Shown here one piece after another: positions 1 to 9,369 of a stretch of DNA of 64,000 nucleotides (position 1 is the stretch's first letter; every line of letters starts with the position of its first letter). The notes under the pieces were generated by a model, which was not told where the DNA came from, did no database searches, and saw nothing but the letters and a program-made list of their open reading frames with translations. A program made the position numbers and the translations under genes. Location: positions 11,874 to 75,873 of IMG/VR virus record IMGVR_UViG_2974664081_000001; one strand, 5' to 3'. This DNA is from a virus. Taxonomy: Duplodnaviria; Caudoviricetes.

Positions 1-34
1 CAAATCACCTGGATCAACGAGGAATAGCGAACCA

Positions 35-304
35 ATGGAGCAACTGAACCAAGGACGTAGCTATGTCTCGGATCCTCCTTTCTCCCGTCGTGTAGCCTTC
101 TTGGTTCAAGAAGGTGACGTGGGTGCGACCCAAGGAATGTACTTAGGGCAGGAGGATTACACCTTCAAGCCGGAAGACGTAGGCCGCCTCATCGAGGTGG
201 TACAAGACATGTCTCCCGGATTCCTTTCATGGCGTTTCGGGTCGATGTTCTCCGACCTTACGGAGCAATACCCCGATCCATTCCCCTACGTTTCAGTGGA
301 GTAA
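35..304 (+). CDS. hypothetical phage protein
   Basis: 89-aa ORF with AGGA upstream, tightly packed with downstream ORFs. Confidence 0.7.
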   Translation: MEQLNQGRSYVSDPPFSRRVAFLVQEGDVGATQGMYLGQEDYTFKPEDVGRLIEVVQDMSPGFLSWRFGSMFSDLTEQYPDPFPYVSVE

Positions 305-307
305 ACC

Positions 308-541
308 ATGCCGTGCTATGACCCCCGTGACAACGATCCGGCAGCTATCCGTTCGGAAGCTATCGCTCGCTTTGCTGTCGAATTTCGTCACAACAGTCCT
401 GTGGCAGAAATGCTCTGCCACATCCTGACTCACATCCACCCAGCAGACATCGCAAGAATGCCTGAAGAAATTCAGGTGTGGTGGAAAGAGCACCAAGCTC
501 GTGATGCTGCCAAGGAGCGAGCCAATGGAAAACCAGCCTAA
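308..541 (+). CDS. hypothetical phage protein
   Basis: 77-aa ORF with GGAG RBS; MPCYDP N-terminus typical of small phage proteins. Confidence 0.75.
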   Translation: MPCYDPRDNDPAAIRSEAIARFAVEFRHNSPVAEMLCHILTHIHPADIARMPEEIQVWWKEHQARDAAKERANGKPA

Positions 542-971
542 GTTCGATTTTCAGAACATGGATATAAAGCTATATCTGGCTTTGAAGAAGCTGCTTGCAG
601 CTGGGCCTCGTGGGGCGGAAAAAGCCCTGACTGATGCAGCCAATCTGGCTATTCAAGAATTTGAGCTGAGCCATGGTCCCCTGCCTGACTGGGCTGTAGG
701 CCGTAACTGGGGGTATGAACTGATCCCAGGTGCCCAGCTCTGCACTAAAGACGGTCGTCGTACTGGTAATGCTCACATCATTCGTCATGGTGAAGGCATT
801 GCTGCTGGGCCGGTTCATGTACCCACCTTCGAGTGTCTCACTGATGCTGGGCACAAGATCCTACATACCGAAAAAGAAATCGAAAGCGAGTTCTACATCG
901 GTGACTGGATCTCTGATCCAAAAGACGTAGTGAAAAAGTTTGACCGGCAGGGTCACTTCAAAGATCTCTAG
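525..971 (+). CDS. hypothetical phage protein
   Basis: Start placed at MENQPK after AAGGAG RBS. Confidence 0.75.
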   Translation: MENQPKFDFQNMDIKLYLALKKLLAAGPRGAEKALTDAANLAIQEFELSHGPLPDWAVGRNWGYELIPGAQLCTKDGRRTGNAHIIRHGEGIAAGPVHVPTFECLTDAGHKILHTEKEIESEFYIGDWISDPKDVVKKFDRQGHFKDL

Positions 972-1065
972 CGTCCCTCGATTGGTTGCTTGGGGTTAAA
1001 CACCTTTTAGAAACTCTCATTAGGAGTCCGTAATGGACATCCGTCAAATACTCAAGGAAATTCTC

Positions 1066-2532
1066 ATGGCACAAGCAAAAGCTCCTTCCCGTACTCTGGC
1101 TACCGAAGACAACGCTGTTCAGGTTGCCGAGATCGTCCACCACAAGGGTCAGCTGATGATCCCTGAAGGCATGACCGTCGATCAGGCTATCGACCTGCTG
1201 GATCGTCGTCGCTCGTACCTCGAAGAAGTGGTGGCCGTTCGCCGCACCTTCAACGTTTTCCCGTGGGATGGCGCCAACGCTCTGGCCATCGCTCTGGAAG
1301 AGCAGTTCGGCTGGGCCGCTGCTGAAGGTACTCCGACCTTCTTCGGCAAGCGTCCACCGGAAATGATCACCATCGAAGTCGGTCCGGGCCTGACCCGCAA
1401 GATCCCGTGGGGTCGTTTCAGCCTGCCGGGCGTGGATGGCTACGTCCAAACCACTTCCAGCCGTGTCGATGGTCGTATCGTCTTCAGCTGCTACGCCGAA
1501 GTAAAGCGTAACAGCGAGAAGACCGTGGAAGACCTGTACGACCGCATCGGCAAGTACCTGAACAGCAACTCGATCTACGCCGGTCAGGCCATCAAGATCC
1601 GCTTCCGCGACGACGAAGGCGATCTGCTGGAAATGCCTGAGCCGAAGTTCCTCGAAACTGCGCACATCTCCCGTGACATGCTGGTCTACAGCAAGGAAGT
1701 GACCGAGCAGATCGAAACCAACCTGTTCGCGCCTATCGAGCGCATTCAGGACTGCCTGGCCAACGACATTCCGGTCAAGCGTGGTGTGCTGCTGGGTGGT
1801 CCATACGGCACCGGCAAGACCATGGCTGCCACCGTGGCCAGCCGTCTGGCCGTGGACAACGGCGTGACCTACCTGTACGTCCCACATGCGGACGAACTGG
1901 GTGATGCCATCGCCTTCGCCAAGCAGTACCAGTCCACCGCCTGCGTAATCTTCTGCGAGGACATCGACCGTGCCATCACTGGCGAGCGTTCGGTCGAGAT
2001 GGATGACATCCTGAACATCCTCGACGGCATCGACACCAAGGGCAACAAAATCATCACCGTCCTGACCACCAACCACCTGCTGGACATCAACCCGGCTCTG
2101 CTGCGTCCGGGCCGTCTGGACTCGATCATCAACGTGGTCGCTCCTGACGCCGAAGCCGTGGAACGTCTGGTTCGCCTGTACGGCAAGGAATCCATCCTGC
2201 CGGAAACCGACCTGACCGAAGTCGGCAAACTGCTGGACGGTGCCATCCCTGCTGTAGTGGCCGAAGTGGTCAAGCGTGCCAAGCTGGCTCAGCTGCGCCT
2301 GCAACCGAAAGGCACCAAGGTCGAAGCCATCTCGGCTGAAGCCCTGATCGTCTCGGCCAAGTCCATCAAGCCGCAAATGGACCTGCTGGAACAGCAAAGC
2401 CGCGTGAAAGTCGCTGAGCCGACCTTCAAAGAAGTGATGGGCGATGCCCTGAATCACGCCCTGAACGGCACCAAGGAACTGCTGGCCATTCAGGCCAAGC
2501 AGACCGCTGAAATGCACGAACGCATCGTGTAA
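1066..2532 (+). CDS. AAA+ ATPase (classical CDC48/FtsH-like module, no protease or TM domain seen)
   Basis: Walker A GPYGTGKT, Walker B IFCEDID, SRH TTN...ALLRPGRLD; strong codon bias. Confidence 0.9.
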   Translation: MAQAKAPSRTLATEDNAVQVAEIVHHKGQLMIPEGMTVDQAIDLLDRRRSYLEEVVAVRRTFNVFPWDGANALAIALEEQFGWAAAEGTPTFFGKRPPEMITIEVGPGLTRKIPWGRFSLPGVDGYVQTTSSRVDGRIVFSCYAEVKRNSEKTVEDLYDRIGKYLNSNSIYAGQAIKIRFRDDEGDLLEMPEPKFLETAHISRDMLVYSKEVTEQIETNLFAPIERIQDCLANDIPVKRGVLLGGPYGTGKTMAATVASRLAVDNGVTYLYVPHADELGDAIAFAKQYQSTACVIFCEDIDRAITGERSVEMDDILNILDGIDTKGNKIITVLTTNHLLDINPALLRPGRLDSIINVVAPDAEAVERLVRLYGKESILPETDLTEVGKLLDGAIPAVVAEVVKRAKLAQLRLQPKGTKVEAISAEALIVSAKSIKPQMDLLEQQSRVKVAEPTFKEVMGDALNHALNGTKELLAIQAKQTAEMHERIV

Positions 2533-2548
2533 CACCCTGCGGTAATCG

Positions 2549-2580
2549 AAAGCCCACCCGATAAGTTCGGGTGGGCTTTT
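2549..2580 (+). terminator. intrinsic terminator
   Basis: aaagcccacccg-ataagtt-cgggtgggctttt. Confidence 0.85.
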
Positions 2581-2621
2581 GTTTTGAGTCTCAAAACCTC
2601 TAATTACCAAGGAAAAATCGT

Positions 2622-4628
2622 ATGTCTGACTTCCAGAAATTCTCAGCTGCTGTGCATGCCCGTTTCACTGCCATGGCAGCTGCTGGCGAGCTGTTCACCA
2701 TCAATGTCCCCGGCGATGATCTGTGGCTGGCCTATCTGGGTGCATTCCCGGAAGGCACCAACCCGATCTTCCGTGAGCGTACCGAGCACGACTGCTCGTG
2801 CTGCCGTAACTTCATCAAGAATCTGGGCCGTGTCGTCAGCATCGTTGACGGCGTAGTCGTCACCGTCTGGGATGATTTCCAGAACCTGCCAGCACCTTAC
2901 GACTTCGTGTCGAAAACCCTGTCGGCCTTCGTCCGCACTTCGGAAATCGAAGGCGTGTACCGAACCAAGGAACGCAACTACGGCCTTGAGTTCAACCACG
3001 AGCGTCTGGCCTCCGGCGATGTACTGACGTGGAACCACTTCCACGGCGTAGTACACCAACACCACCTCAGCCCAACCCCGGCACAAGCTGCCGGTGAACT
3101 GAACACCACTGCCGGTGTGTTCAAGCGTGGTCTGGAAGAGATCACCGTTGAAGCACTGGAATCGGTGCTCGGCCTGATCGATGCCAAGGCTCTGTACCGT
3201 GGCGAAGAATTCCGCTCCGGCGTCGGCGCCTTCTACTCCATGAAACAGCAGTACCTGCTGCTGGACGAAACCGGCAAAGGCCTGTTCCCGTGGGAACACC
3301 TGAACAAGCCTGCTGCCCGTATTCGCAACACGGCCATCGGCACCCTGCTGCAAGACCTGTCCGAAGGCATGGAGCTGGAAGCGGCTGTCCGTGCCTTCGA
3401 GAAGAAGGTAGCCCCCGAGAACTACAAGCGCACCACGGCCCTGATCACCCCGAAAATGATCGAAGACGGTCTGAAAACCCTGCGTGAGCTGGGACTGGAA
3501 TCTGCCGTCAACCGTCGCTTTGCCCGTCTGAGCGACATGTCGGTCACCAATGTGCTGTGGGCCAGCGGCAATGCTCGCAACGTCATGCGTGACCCGCTGG
3601 CCGATGCTCTGCTGGGTTCGAGCCAAGTGAAGAAAACCGGTGGGCGTGTCTCCGGCCTGACCATCAGTGCCGACGAGTTCATGGCCAATGTGGTGCCGAA
3701 GGCTGCCCAACTGGAAGTGATGGTCACAAACCAACACGCCAACAACTTCGTCAGCCTGACCGCCCCGGTCGATCCTGAAGTGGGCCGCCTATTCAAGTGG
3801 GACAACAACTTCGCTTGGTCCTACAACGGCAACGTCACTGACTCCATCAAGGAAAAGGTGAAAGCTGCCGGTGGTAACGTCACCAATGCCAAGCTGCGTG
3901 TCTCGCTGGCGTGGTTCAACGGCGACGATCTGGACATCCACTGCATTTGCCCGGATGGGCATATCTGCTTCTACGACAAGCGCAACATCTTGGACGTAGA
4001 CATGAACGCCGGGGTCGCACGCAATACCAAAGATCCAGTGGAAAACCTCAGCTGGACCAACCCGAAAGACGGCACCTACCGTGTTCAGGTCAATCAGTAT
4101 GCCTCGCGCAGCCGTGACAATGTAGGCTTCGTAGTGGAGCTGGAAAACGACGGTCGGCTGAACCAATACAGCTACAGCCGTGCTTCCCGCTCCGGCGAAT
4201 ACGTCGAAGTCATCACCTTCGATGTCAAAGACGGCAAGGTGGTCAACCTGTCCATCGCCAAAGATGTCGTCGGCCAAGGCATCAGCCGTGAGGTCTGGGG
4301 CATTCCAACTGAGCAATTCCGCAAGGTGGAAACCTTGATGCTCAGCCCGAACCACTGGGATGACAACCAGATGGGCAACAAGCATTACCTGTTCATGCTG
4401 GAAGGCTGCAAAAACCCTGAACCGGCCCGTGGCATCTACAACGAGTACCTGCGTTCGGAACTGGAGCCGCACCGCAAGGTATTCGAGGTCCTTGGTTCCA
4501 AGACCCTGTGCCCGGTAGTCGATGACCAGCTGTCCGGCATCGGCTTCTCCTCCACCCGTAATGATCTCGTGACCATCCGCGCCACCACGGCTGACGGCCA
4601 AAGCGAGGTCCTCAATGTCCAATTCTGA
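2622..4628 (+). CDS. large phage protein with C-terminal YfaP/DUF2135-like domain
   Basis: 668 aa; N-terminal HDCSCC motif; LRVSLAWFNGDDLDIHCICPDG...LDVDMN...PVENLSW resembles DUF2135. Confidence 0.7.
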   Translation: MSDFQKFSAAVHARFTAMAAAGELFTINVPGDDLWLAYLGAFPEGTNPIFRERTEHDCSCCRNFIKNLGRVVSIVDGVVVTVWDDFQNLPAPYDFVSKTLSAFVRTSEIEGVYRTKERNYGLEFNHERLASGDVLTWNHFHGVVHQHHLSPTPAQAAGELNTTAGVFKRGLEEITVEALESVLGLIDAKALYRGEEFRSGVGAFYSMKQQYLLLDETGKGLFPWEHLNKPAARIRNTAIGTLLQDLSEGMELEAAVRAFEKKVAPENYKRTTALITPKMIEDGLKTLRELGLESAVNRRFARLSDMSVTNVLWASGNARNVMRDPLADALLGSSQVKKTGGRVSGLTISADEFMANVVPKAAQLEVMVTNQHANNFVSLTAPVDPEVGRLFKWDNNFAWSYNGNVTDSIKEKVKAAGGNVTNAKLRVSLAWFNGDDLDIHCICPDGHICFYDKRNILDVDMNAGVARNTKDPVENLSWTNPKDGTYRVQVNQYASRSRDNVGFVVELENDGRLNQYSYSRASRSGEYVEVITFDVKDGKVVNLSIAKDVVGQGISREVWGIPTEQFRKVETLMLSPNHWDDNQMGNKHYLFMLEGCKNPEPARGIYNEYLRSELEPHRKVFEVLGSKTLCPVVDDQLSGIGFSSTRNDLVTIRATTADGQSEVLNVQF

Positions 4629-4635
4629 GGTCAAC

Positions 4636-5037
4636 ATGGATAACCTGTTCGAGAAAGCCACTCGCCAAAAGCTGCTGTTCGAAAGCAAGGTCGGCCAGAT
4701 CAACACCGAGCAACTGTGGGATCTTCCACTGCTCAGCAAGAACGGTCTCGATCTCGATACCGTGGCCAAAACTGCCAAGCGCCAACTGGATGCTGCCAGC
4801 GAAGAATCCTTCGTCAGCAACACCAGCCCGGCGAAGGCTCTGGCCGAGCTGAGGCTCGAAGTGGTCAAGCACATCATCTCGGTGAAACTCGCTGAGAAAG
4901 ATGCTGCGGCCAAGAAAGCCAGCAAGGCCGAGCTGCGTAAGCAACTCACGGCTGCCCTGGCTGAGAAGCAGTCTGATGCCCTCAAAGGCATGTCGGTCGA
5001 AGAAATCGAGCGCAAGCTCGCTGAGCTGGAAGACTGA
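4636..5037 (+). CDS. hypothetical helical/coiled-coil phage protein
   Basis: GAGG RBS; MDNLFEKATRQKL...EQLWDLPL; directly follows the upstream gene. Confidence 0.8.
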   Translation: MDNLFEKATRQKLLFESKVGQINTEQLWDLPLLSKNGLDLDTVAKTAKRQLDAASEESFVSNTSPAKALAELRLEVVKHIISVKLAEKDAAAKKASKAELRKQLTAALAEKQSDALKGMSVEEIERKLAELED

Positions 5038-5039
5038 CC

Positions 5040-5071
5040 AATCGGGGACCTGTTATGGGTCCCCGATTTTT
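5040..5071 (+). terminator. intrinsic terminator
   Basis: aatcggggacc-tgttatg-ggtccccgatt followed by T run. Confidence 0.8.
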
Positions 5072-5110
5072 GTTTTGAATTTCAATCCCTTAACTCAAGG
5101 ACAAGACGCT

Positions 5111-5455
5111 ATGAGCCACGCTGACAAACGCAGTCCGAGCACCGATGCTCTCGAAACCCTCGGCATGATCCACTTCAAGCCTGAAGCCCGTGACGCCATT
5201 CACTTGGCCGTCGAGCCAGTCATTGCCTTCTGCAATCTGGAAGTAGGGCAGAAAGTCGGCATTATCAACGGTGAAGCTTGTCCTACCGGTTTCATGATGG
5301 AGAACGGGAAACGAGTGCCTTACCACGGCATCGTAGATCCCTTCCTGCCTGAAGGTCCTCTTGAGGGTCAATCTTTCTGGTTCGTCATGGCTCCCCGCAT
5401 GGTGCAATCCTTGCGCCATGTGTGGGAGCACCCGGACTTCCCGGAGGGTAAGTGA
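5111..5455 (+). CDS. hypothetical phage protein
   Basis: AAGGA RBS; RDAIHLAV...GIVDPFL...LRHVWEHPDF. Confidence 0.75.
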   Translation: MSHADKRSPSTDALETLGMIHFKPEARDAIHLAVEPVIAFCNLEVGQKVGIINGEACPTGFMMENGKRVPYHGIVDPFLPEGPLEGQSFWFVMAPRMVQSLRHVWEHPDFPEGK

Positions 5456-5820
5456 TGTCCGACTTGAATCAAGGTCATCTGCCCTACCCGGTTGAAGAGC
5501 ACAAAGGCCGTGTCATGTGCGGTGATCCGGTGGCCATTGCCTACGAATGGATCATGGCCTACGCCAAAAACCTCACTGATCAAGTGAGTGACGCCTATGA
5601 CGGGCATGGGGGCGAGATCACCGTCGATGAGTTGATGGAAGTTGCCGATAGTCATCAGCCTGACGAAAACGGCAACAACGGCTGGGGTGACTACATCTCT
5701 CGTGGTGGCACCTTCGAAGGTGAAAGCGTTGATCCCATGTTCTGGGAAAAATACGCCATCGTCCGGGGTAAACACATTGACGACGTAGACCAGTCGTCGT
5801 TCTTTTCCTGCTCTTGCTGA
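5455..5820 (+). CDS. hypothetical phage protein
   Basis: TGATG coupling to previous gene; ends FFSCSC. Confidence 0.75.
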   Translation: MSDLNQGHLPYPVEEHKGRVMCGDPVAIAYEWIMAYAKNLTDQVSDAYDGHGGEITVDELMEVADSHQPDENGNNGWGDYISRGGTFEGESVDPMFWEKYAIVRGKHIDDVDQSSFFSCSC

Positions 5821-5828
5821 GGTCTGAC

Positions 5829-6875
5829 ATGACCGTAGAAAAAATGATTCACCGTTGCACCCCCCGAACAGCCAAGCGTCTGATCACCAAGATTCTTGCT
5901 GCCGGTCTGGTGCCGTTCATTCAATCCAGTCCGGGGATGGGCAAATCAGCCATCACCCGGCTGGTGGCCAAAGAGTTTCGTCTGAAACTGCTGGACCATC
6001 GTCTGTCCACCAGCGAACCAACGGACCTAACTGGGCTACCTTGGTTCAAGGATGGCTATGCCGCCTTCGCCCCATTCCGTGACCTGTTCCCGTTGGATGA
6101 CCAGTCCCTGCCTGAAGGTTACGAAGGCTGGCTACTGTTCTTGGACGAGTTCAACTCGGCGCCCAAGTCGGTACAAGCCGCAGCCTACAAACTGATCCTC
6201 GACCGCATGGTCGGCCAGCATAACCTACATCCCAACGTGGTCATCGTCGCCGCAGGCAACCTGTCCACTGACAGGGCCATCGTCAATGCCCTATCCACGG
6301 CCATGCAGTCCCGTCTGGTCCACATCGAAATGGTGTTGGACTTCAATGAGTGGCTGGAAGACGTGGCCATCACCGAAGGCTACGACCCACGAATCGTTGC
6401 CTTCCTGTCGCAGTATCCATCGAAGCTGATGGACTTCGACCCCAAGCATCAGGAGAAAACCTTCTGCTGCCCACGCACCTGGGAGTTCATGAACAAACTG
6501 GTCAAGAACGAACCGGTTATTCGGGACGAAGATGCTCCGATGTATGCGGGCACCATCACCTCCGGGGTGGCCACCGAGTTCATCACCTACTCGAAGATTT
6601 TCGAGAAGCTGGTGAGTGTCGGGGAGATCCTCAAGGATCCCGAGAAGGCCCGTCTGCCGGACGACACCGCATCCAAGTGGGCCACCATCGCCATCATGAT
6701 GGAGCACATCAACGAGAAGAACTTCAACGACTTGGCCACCTATGCCAACCGTTTCGACCTGTCCTTCCGTGTGCTGTTCTACCGGGCCACGATGGTGCGT
6801 CAACCTGACCTGCGTTCGCATCCCAAGTTCGCAGCTTCCATGGGCGAAATCGCCCGTTACCTCAGCGGAAACTGA
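5829..6875 (+). CDS. MoxR/dynein-related AAA ATPase (N4 gp24-like)
   Basis: Walker A SSPGMGKS, LFLDEFN, AAGN, PRTWE; adjacent to a vWA partner. Confidence 0.88.
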   Translation: MTVEKMIHRCTPRTAKRLITKILAAGLVPFIQSSPGMGKSAITRLVAKEFRLKLLDHRLSTSEPTDLTGLPWFKDGYAAFAPFRDLFPLDDQSLPEGYEGWLLFLDEFNSAPKSVQAAAYKLILDRMVGQHNLHPNVVIVAAGNLSTDRAIVNALSTAMQSRLVHIEMVLDFNEWLEDVAITEGYDPRIVAFLSQYPSKLMDFDPKHQEKTFCCPRTWEFMNKLVKNEPVIRDEDAPMYAGTITSGVATEFITYSKIFEKLVSVGEILKDPEKARLPDDTASKWATIAIMMEHINEKNFNDLATYANRFDLSFRVLFYRATMVRQPDLRSHPKFAASMGEIARYLSGN

Positions 6876-6877
6876 TC

Positions 6878-7060
6878 ATGAACATCAAGCCGATCAATGA
6901 AAAGAAAGACGGTGACAGGCCTTACATCGCTGGCTATCTGAACCAGAAGATTGGCTTGTATGCCAAAGACCTGTGGGCTGCCAAGCAGCTCGCTGTCACC
7001 CACTTCAAACCCAGCAAGAAAAATAGCGGCCTGCTCTGGGTAGAGTTGGCCGAGGAGTAA
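6878..7060 (+). CDS. hypothetical phage protein
   Basis: 60-aa ORF filling the gap between ATPase and vWA genes. Confidence 0.7.
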   Translation: MNIKPINEKKDGDRPYIAGYLNQKIGLYAKDLWAAKQLAVTHFKPSKKNSGLLWVELAEE

Positions 7061-7062
7061 TC

Positions 7063-8226
7063 ATGAGCGAATTGGATTACCAGCTGCTCCAGCGCGAGCT
7101 GGATCGGACCAAAGCCGAGGTGTTCCTCAACAACAGCACTGCTGGTTTCCTTGGCTCTGTCATGTGTTCGATGGAATTCATCTGGGATGAGACCATCCAA
7201 ACCGCTTCAACTGATGGTCTACGCCTCTGGTGGAACCCCCATTGGTTCCTGTCCCTGACTCCGGCCAGTCGTAAGACCGTTCTGTACCACGAGATCTGGC
7301 ACCCGGCCCGGCTGCACCTGATTCGTCGAGGTAGCCGAGACCACAAGATCTGGAACTATGCCTGCGACATTCGTATTAACAACGACTTGTTGCGGGAAGG
7401 TTTCACCTTTGAAGGCATCGAATGGGGTTGGATGGATCCTGAAATCGACAAGGGGCCGAAAGGCATCTTGGCGGAAGAAGAGATCTACGAGCTGCTGATG
7501 GCCAACCAGATGCAGCCTCCACCCCAACCGACCGGTGGTAGTGGTCAACCGGGGGATGGCGATGTGGGTGACATGCGGGAACCAACAGAGCAAGAAATCC
7601 AACAGGTGGTGGCCAACGTAGTCATGGCCGTCCAGCAAGCCAAGCTGGCTGGCTGTGGTGGTGTGCCGGGTGTGACTCAACAAACTCTAGACAAGTTTCT
7701 GGAGTCCATCGTCCCGTGGGAAACCCTGTTGTGGCGGTTCTTTACCGACATGATGGACGAAGATTACAGCTGGAAGCGACCCAATCGACGCTACAGCGAT
7801 ATGTACATGCCATCCCGGCAGGAAGATGATGGCAGGCTGGAACATCTGGCCTACTTCATCGACGTGTCAGGGTCCGTGTCTGATGCTGACGTGGTGCGTT
7901 GCAACAGCGAAATCCGCTACATCAAAGAGGAGCTGAAGCCCAAGAAGCTCAGCCTGTTCTTGTTCGACACCCGGATCACGAAAGAATATATCTTTGAGGA
8001 AGACGATCCTTTCGATAAGCTTGTCATCGTTGGTCGGGGTGGGACCAGCTTTGAGCCGGTACGGGAGAAGATCAATGAGATCCAACCCACGGCAGCCGTC
8101 ATTTTCTCCGACATGGATTGTCCTCCGATGCAGCCGCTTGACTATGACATTCCAGTGATCTGGATCGCCGTCAATGCTCGCCGGAAGACAGTGCCATTCG
8201 GGGACATCATCTTCATCAGGAGCTGA
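7063..8226 (+). CDS. metallopeptidase-like + vWA domain protein (DUF2201-type, N4 gp25-like)
   Basis: HEIWH zinc motif; MIDAS DVSGS, GRGGTSF, IFSD. Confidence 0.88.
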   Translation: MSELDYQLLQRELDRTKAEVFLNNSTAGFLGSVMCSMEFIWDETIQTASTDGLRLWWNPHWFLSLTPASRKTVLYHEIWHPARLHLIRRGSRDHKIWNYACDIRINNDLLREGFTFEGIEWGWMDPEIDKGPKGILAEEEIYELLMANQMQPPPQPTGGSGQPGDGDVGDMREPTEQEIQQVVANVVMAVQQAKLAGCGGVPGVTQQTLDKFLESIVPWETLLWRFFTDMMDEDYSWKRPNRRYSDMYMPSRQEDDGRLEHLAYFIDVSGSVSDADVVRCNSEIRYIKEELKPKKLSLFLFDTRITKEYIFEEDDPFDKLVIVGRGGTSFEPVREKINEIQPTAAVIFSDMDCPPMQPLDYDIPVIWIAVNARRKTVPFGDIIFIRS

Positions 8227-8230
8227 ACCA

Positions 8231-8731
8231 ATGGTAATCAACGGTCTGGAGCTGGTCGTCAAAGCCCCAATCCAAAACATGTCAGCGACTAAAAACGCCG
8301 ACCATGGCACCAGCTGGGGTCTGTCTGAAGCTGGCTACGACATCCGCATCAAGCAGACCGTAAGCTTCCGTAAGTTCCTCGGCCTGTTCCCTCAAGTAAA
8401 AGTTGGGTGGGCAGGCAAGTGGAAGTTTGGGCGATTCGCCTTGGCTTCCGCTGAGGAGCTGTTCCAGATGCCAAACGACGTGCTTGGTATAGTCCATGAC
8501 AAATCGACGTGGGCACGCCGAACACTGTCGGTCTTCAACACCGTCATTGAGCCGGGCTGGAAAGGCTATCTGACCTTGGAACTTGTCTTCCATGGCAGCA
8601 AGCCGGTTCACATTCCAGCCGGGTCCGGCATTGCTCAGGTCATTTTTCATGGCCTGTCCAACAGGGCGTCATACAACGGCAAGTACCAGAACCAAGAGGA
8701 CCGACCGGTAGCGGCTCGGGAATCAGCATGA
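8231..8731 (+). CDS. dCTP deaminase/dUTPase family protein
   Basis: AGYDIR, DKSTWAR, VIEPGWKGYLTLEL, IAQVIF, YNGKYQNQ. Confidence 0.88.
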   Translation: MVINGLELVVKAPIQNMSATKNADHGTSWGLSEAGYDIRIKQTVSFRKFLGLFPQVKVGWAGKWKFGRFALASAEELFQMPNDVLGIVHDKSTWARRTLSVFNTVIEPGWKGYLTLELVFHGSKPVHIPAGSGIAQVIFHGLSNRASYNGKYQNQEDRPVAARESA

Positions 8732-8958
8732 ACCTGATAAACAAGTGCCAATGCTGTGGAAAAGACAACGGCTGGGCACTACTCGATCCTGAGTACGCCG
8801 ATGTCTGTGGTGAATGTGAAGCAGATACCTCCAATCCGATTGGATTTTTCGAGGGAAGGTATCAGCTAATGGCTACTTGCGGCTGTGGTGCAAAGGGTCC
8901 TGTGAATTACGGAAAGGACCAGTACTACTGCGGCAAGGGTCCAAGCTGTTGCCCCTGA
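8728..8958 (+). CDS. small Cys-rich hypothetical protein
   Basis: ATGA overlap with previous gene; several CxxC-like motifs. Confidence 0.6.
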   Translation: MNLINKCQCCGKDNGWALLDPEYADVCGECEADTSNPIGFFEGRYQLMATCGCGAKGPVNYGKDQYYCGKGPSCCP

Positions 8959-9057
8959 GCTGTTGCTTGGGGGTAGCAGCCCTGAAGAACAACCCCGCCC
9001 CCGAGAGACAACTCGGTTATCAAACCCAATGCACCTGTGGTTTGGCTGACACGCAGG

Positions 9058-9192
9058 TTGCATTGGTGAAGCGTCTCAACCAGTGACGACTGGTAGGGAA
9101 AGCTCTCTGGGGCCTCAGCACGGTCTAATGTTAAATCATTACCGGCTGGGGACTGCACGAAGATTGCCCGTTGAGACGCTTCACCAATGCAA
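9058..9192 (+). repeat. perfect 23-bp inverted repeat enclosing an 89-nt structured spacer
   Basis: ttgcattggtgaagcgtctcaac (9058-9080) and its reverse complement (9170-9192). Confidence 0.95.
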
Positions 9193-9217
9193 GTTGGAAA
9201 GAAGATTTTAATTTCTA

Positions 9218-9315
9218 GTCGGTAGTCCGTGCATGGGCACACCTCTGGCGTAGGCCACGCCTATTGAGGAACGGCAGCTTAGCGGCTGGTGGTTCGACTC
9301 CACATACCGGCTCCA
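9218..9315 (+). ncRNA. tRNA-like element with non-canonical core
   Basis: GTCGGTA/TACCGGC acceptor stem, T-CCA end, GTGG-TTCGACT-CCAC T arm; no normal anticodon arm. Confidence 0.5.
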
Positions 9316-9369
9316 TTTTCTGATAGGTGGTCACTGCCTTCCCAGTGTCAATTAAAGGAGTTCAAACTC

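Noticed and set aside
2581-2597. GTTTTGAG..CTCAAAAC resembling a CRISPR repeat end
   Set aside because: Single copy, no spacers and no cas genes; no CRISPR array seen in the window
8960-9025. CTGAAGA suggesting a hammerhead ribozyme core
   Set aside because: No properly placed GAAA or three-stem junction found
9058-9192. Retron msr-msd or MITE/IS ends as the explanation of the inverted repeat
   Set aside because: No reverse transcriptase or transposase in the window and no target-site duplication seen
8877-9242. Short ORFs on both strands over the 9 kb intergenic region
   Set aside because: No RBS, atypical codon usage; the RNA structure explains the sequence better
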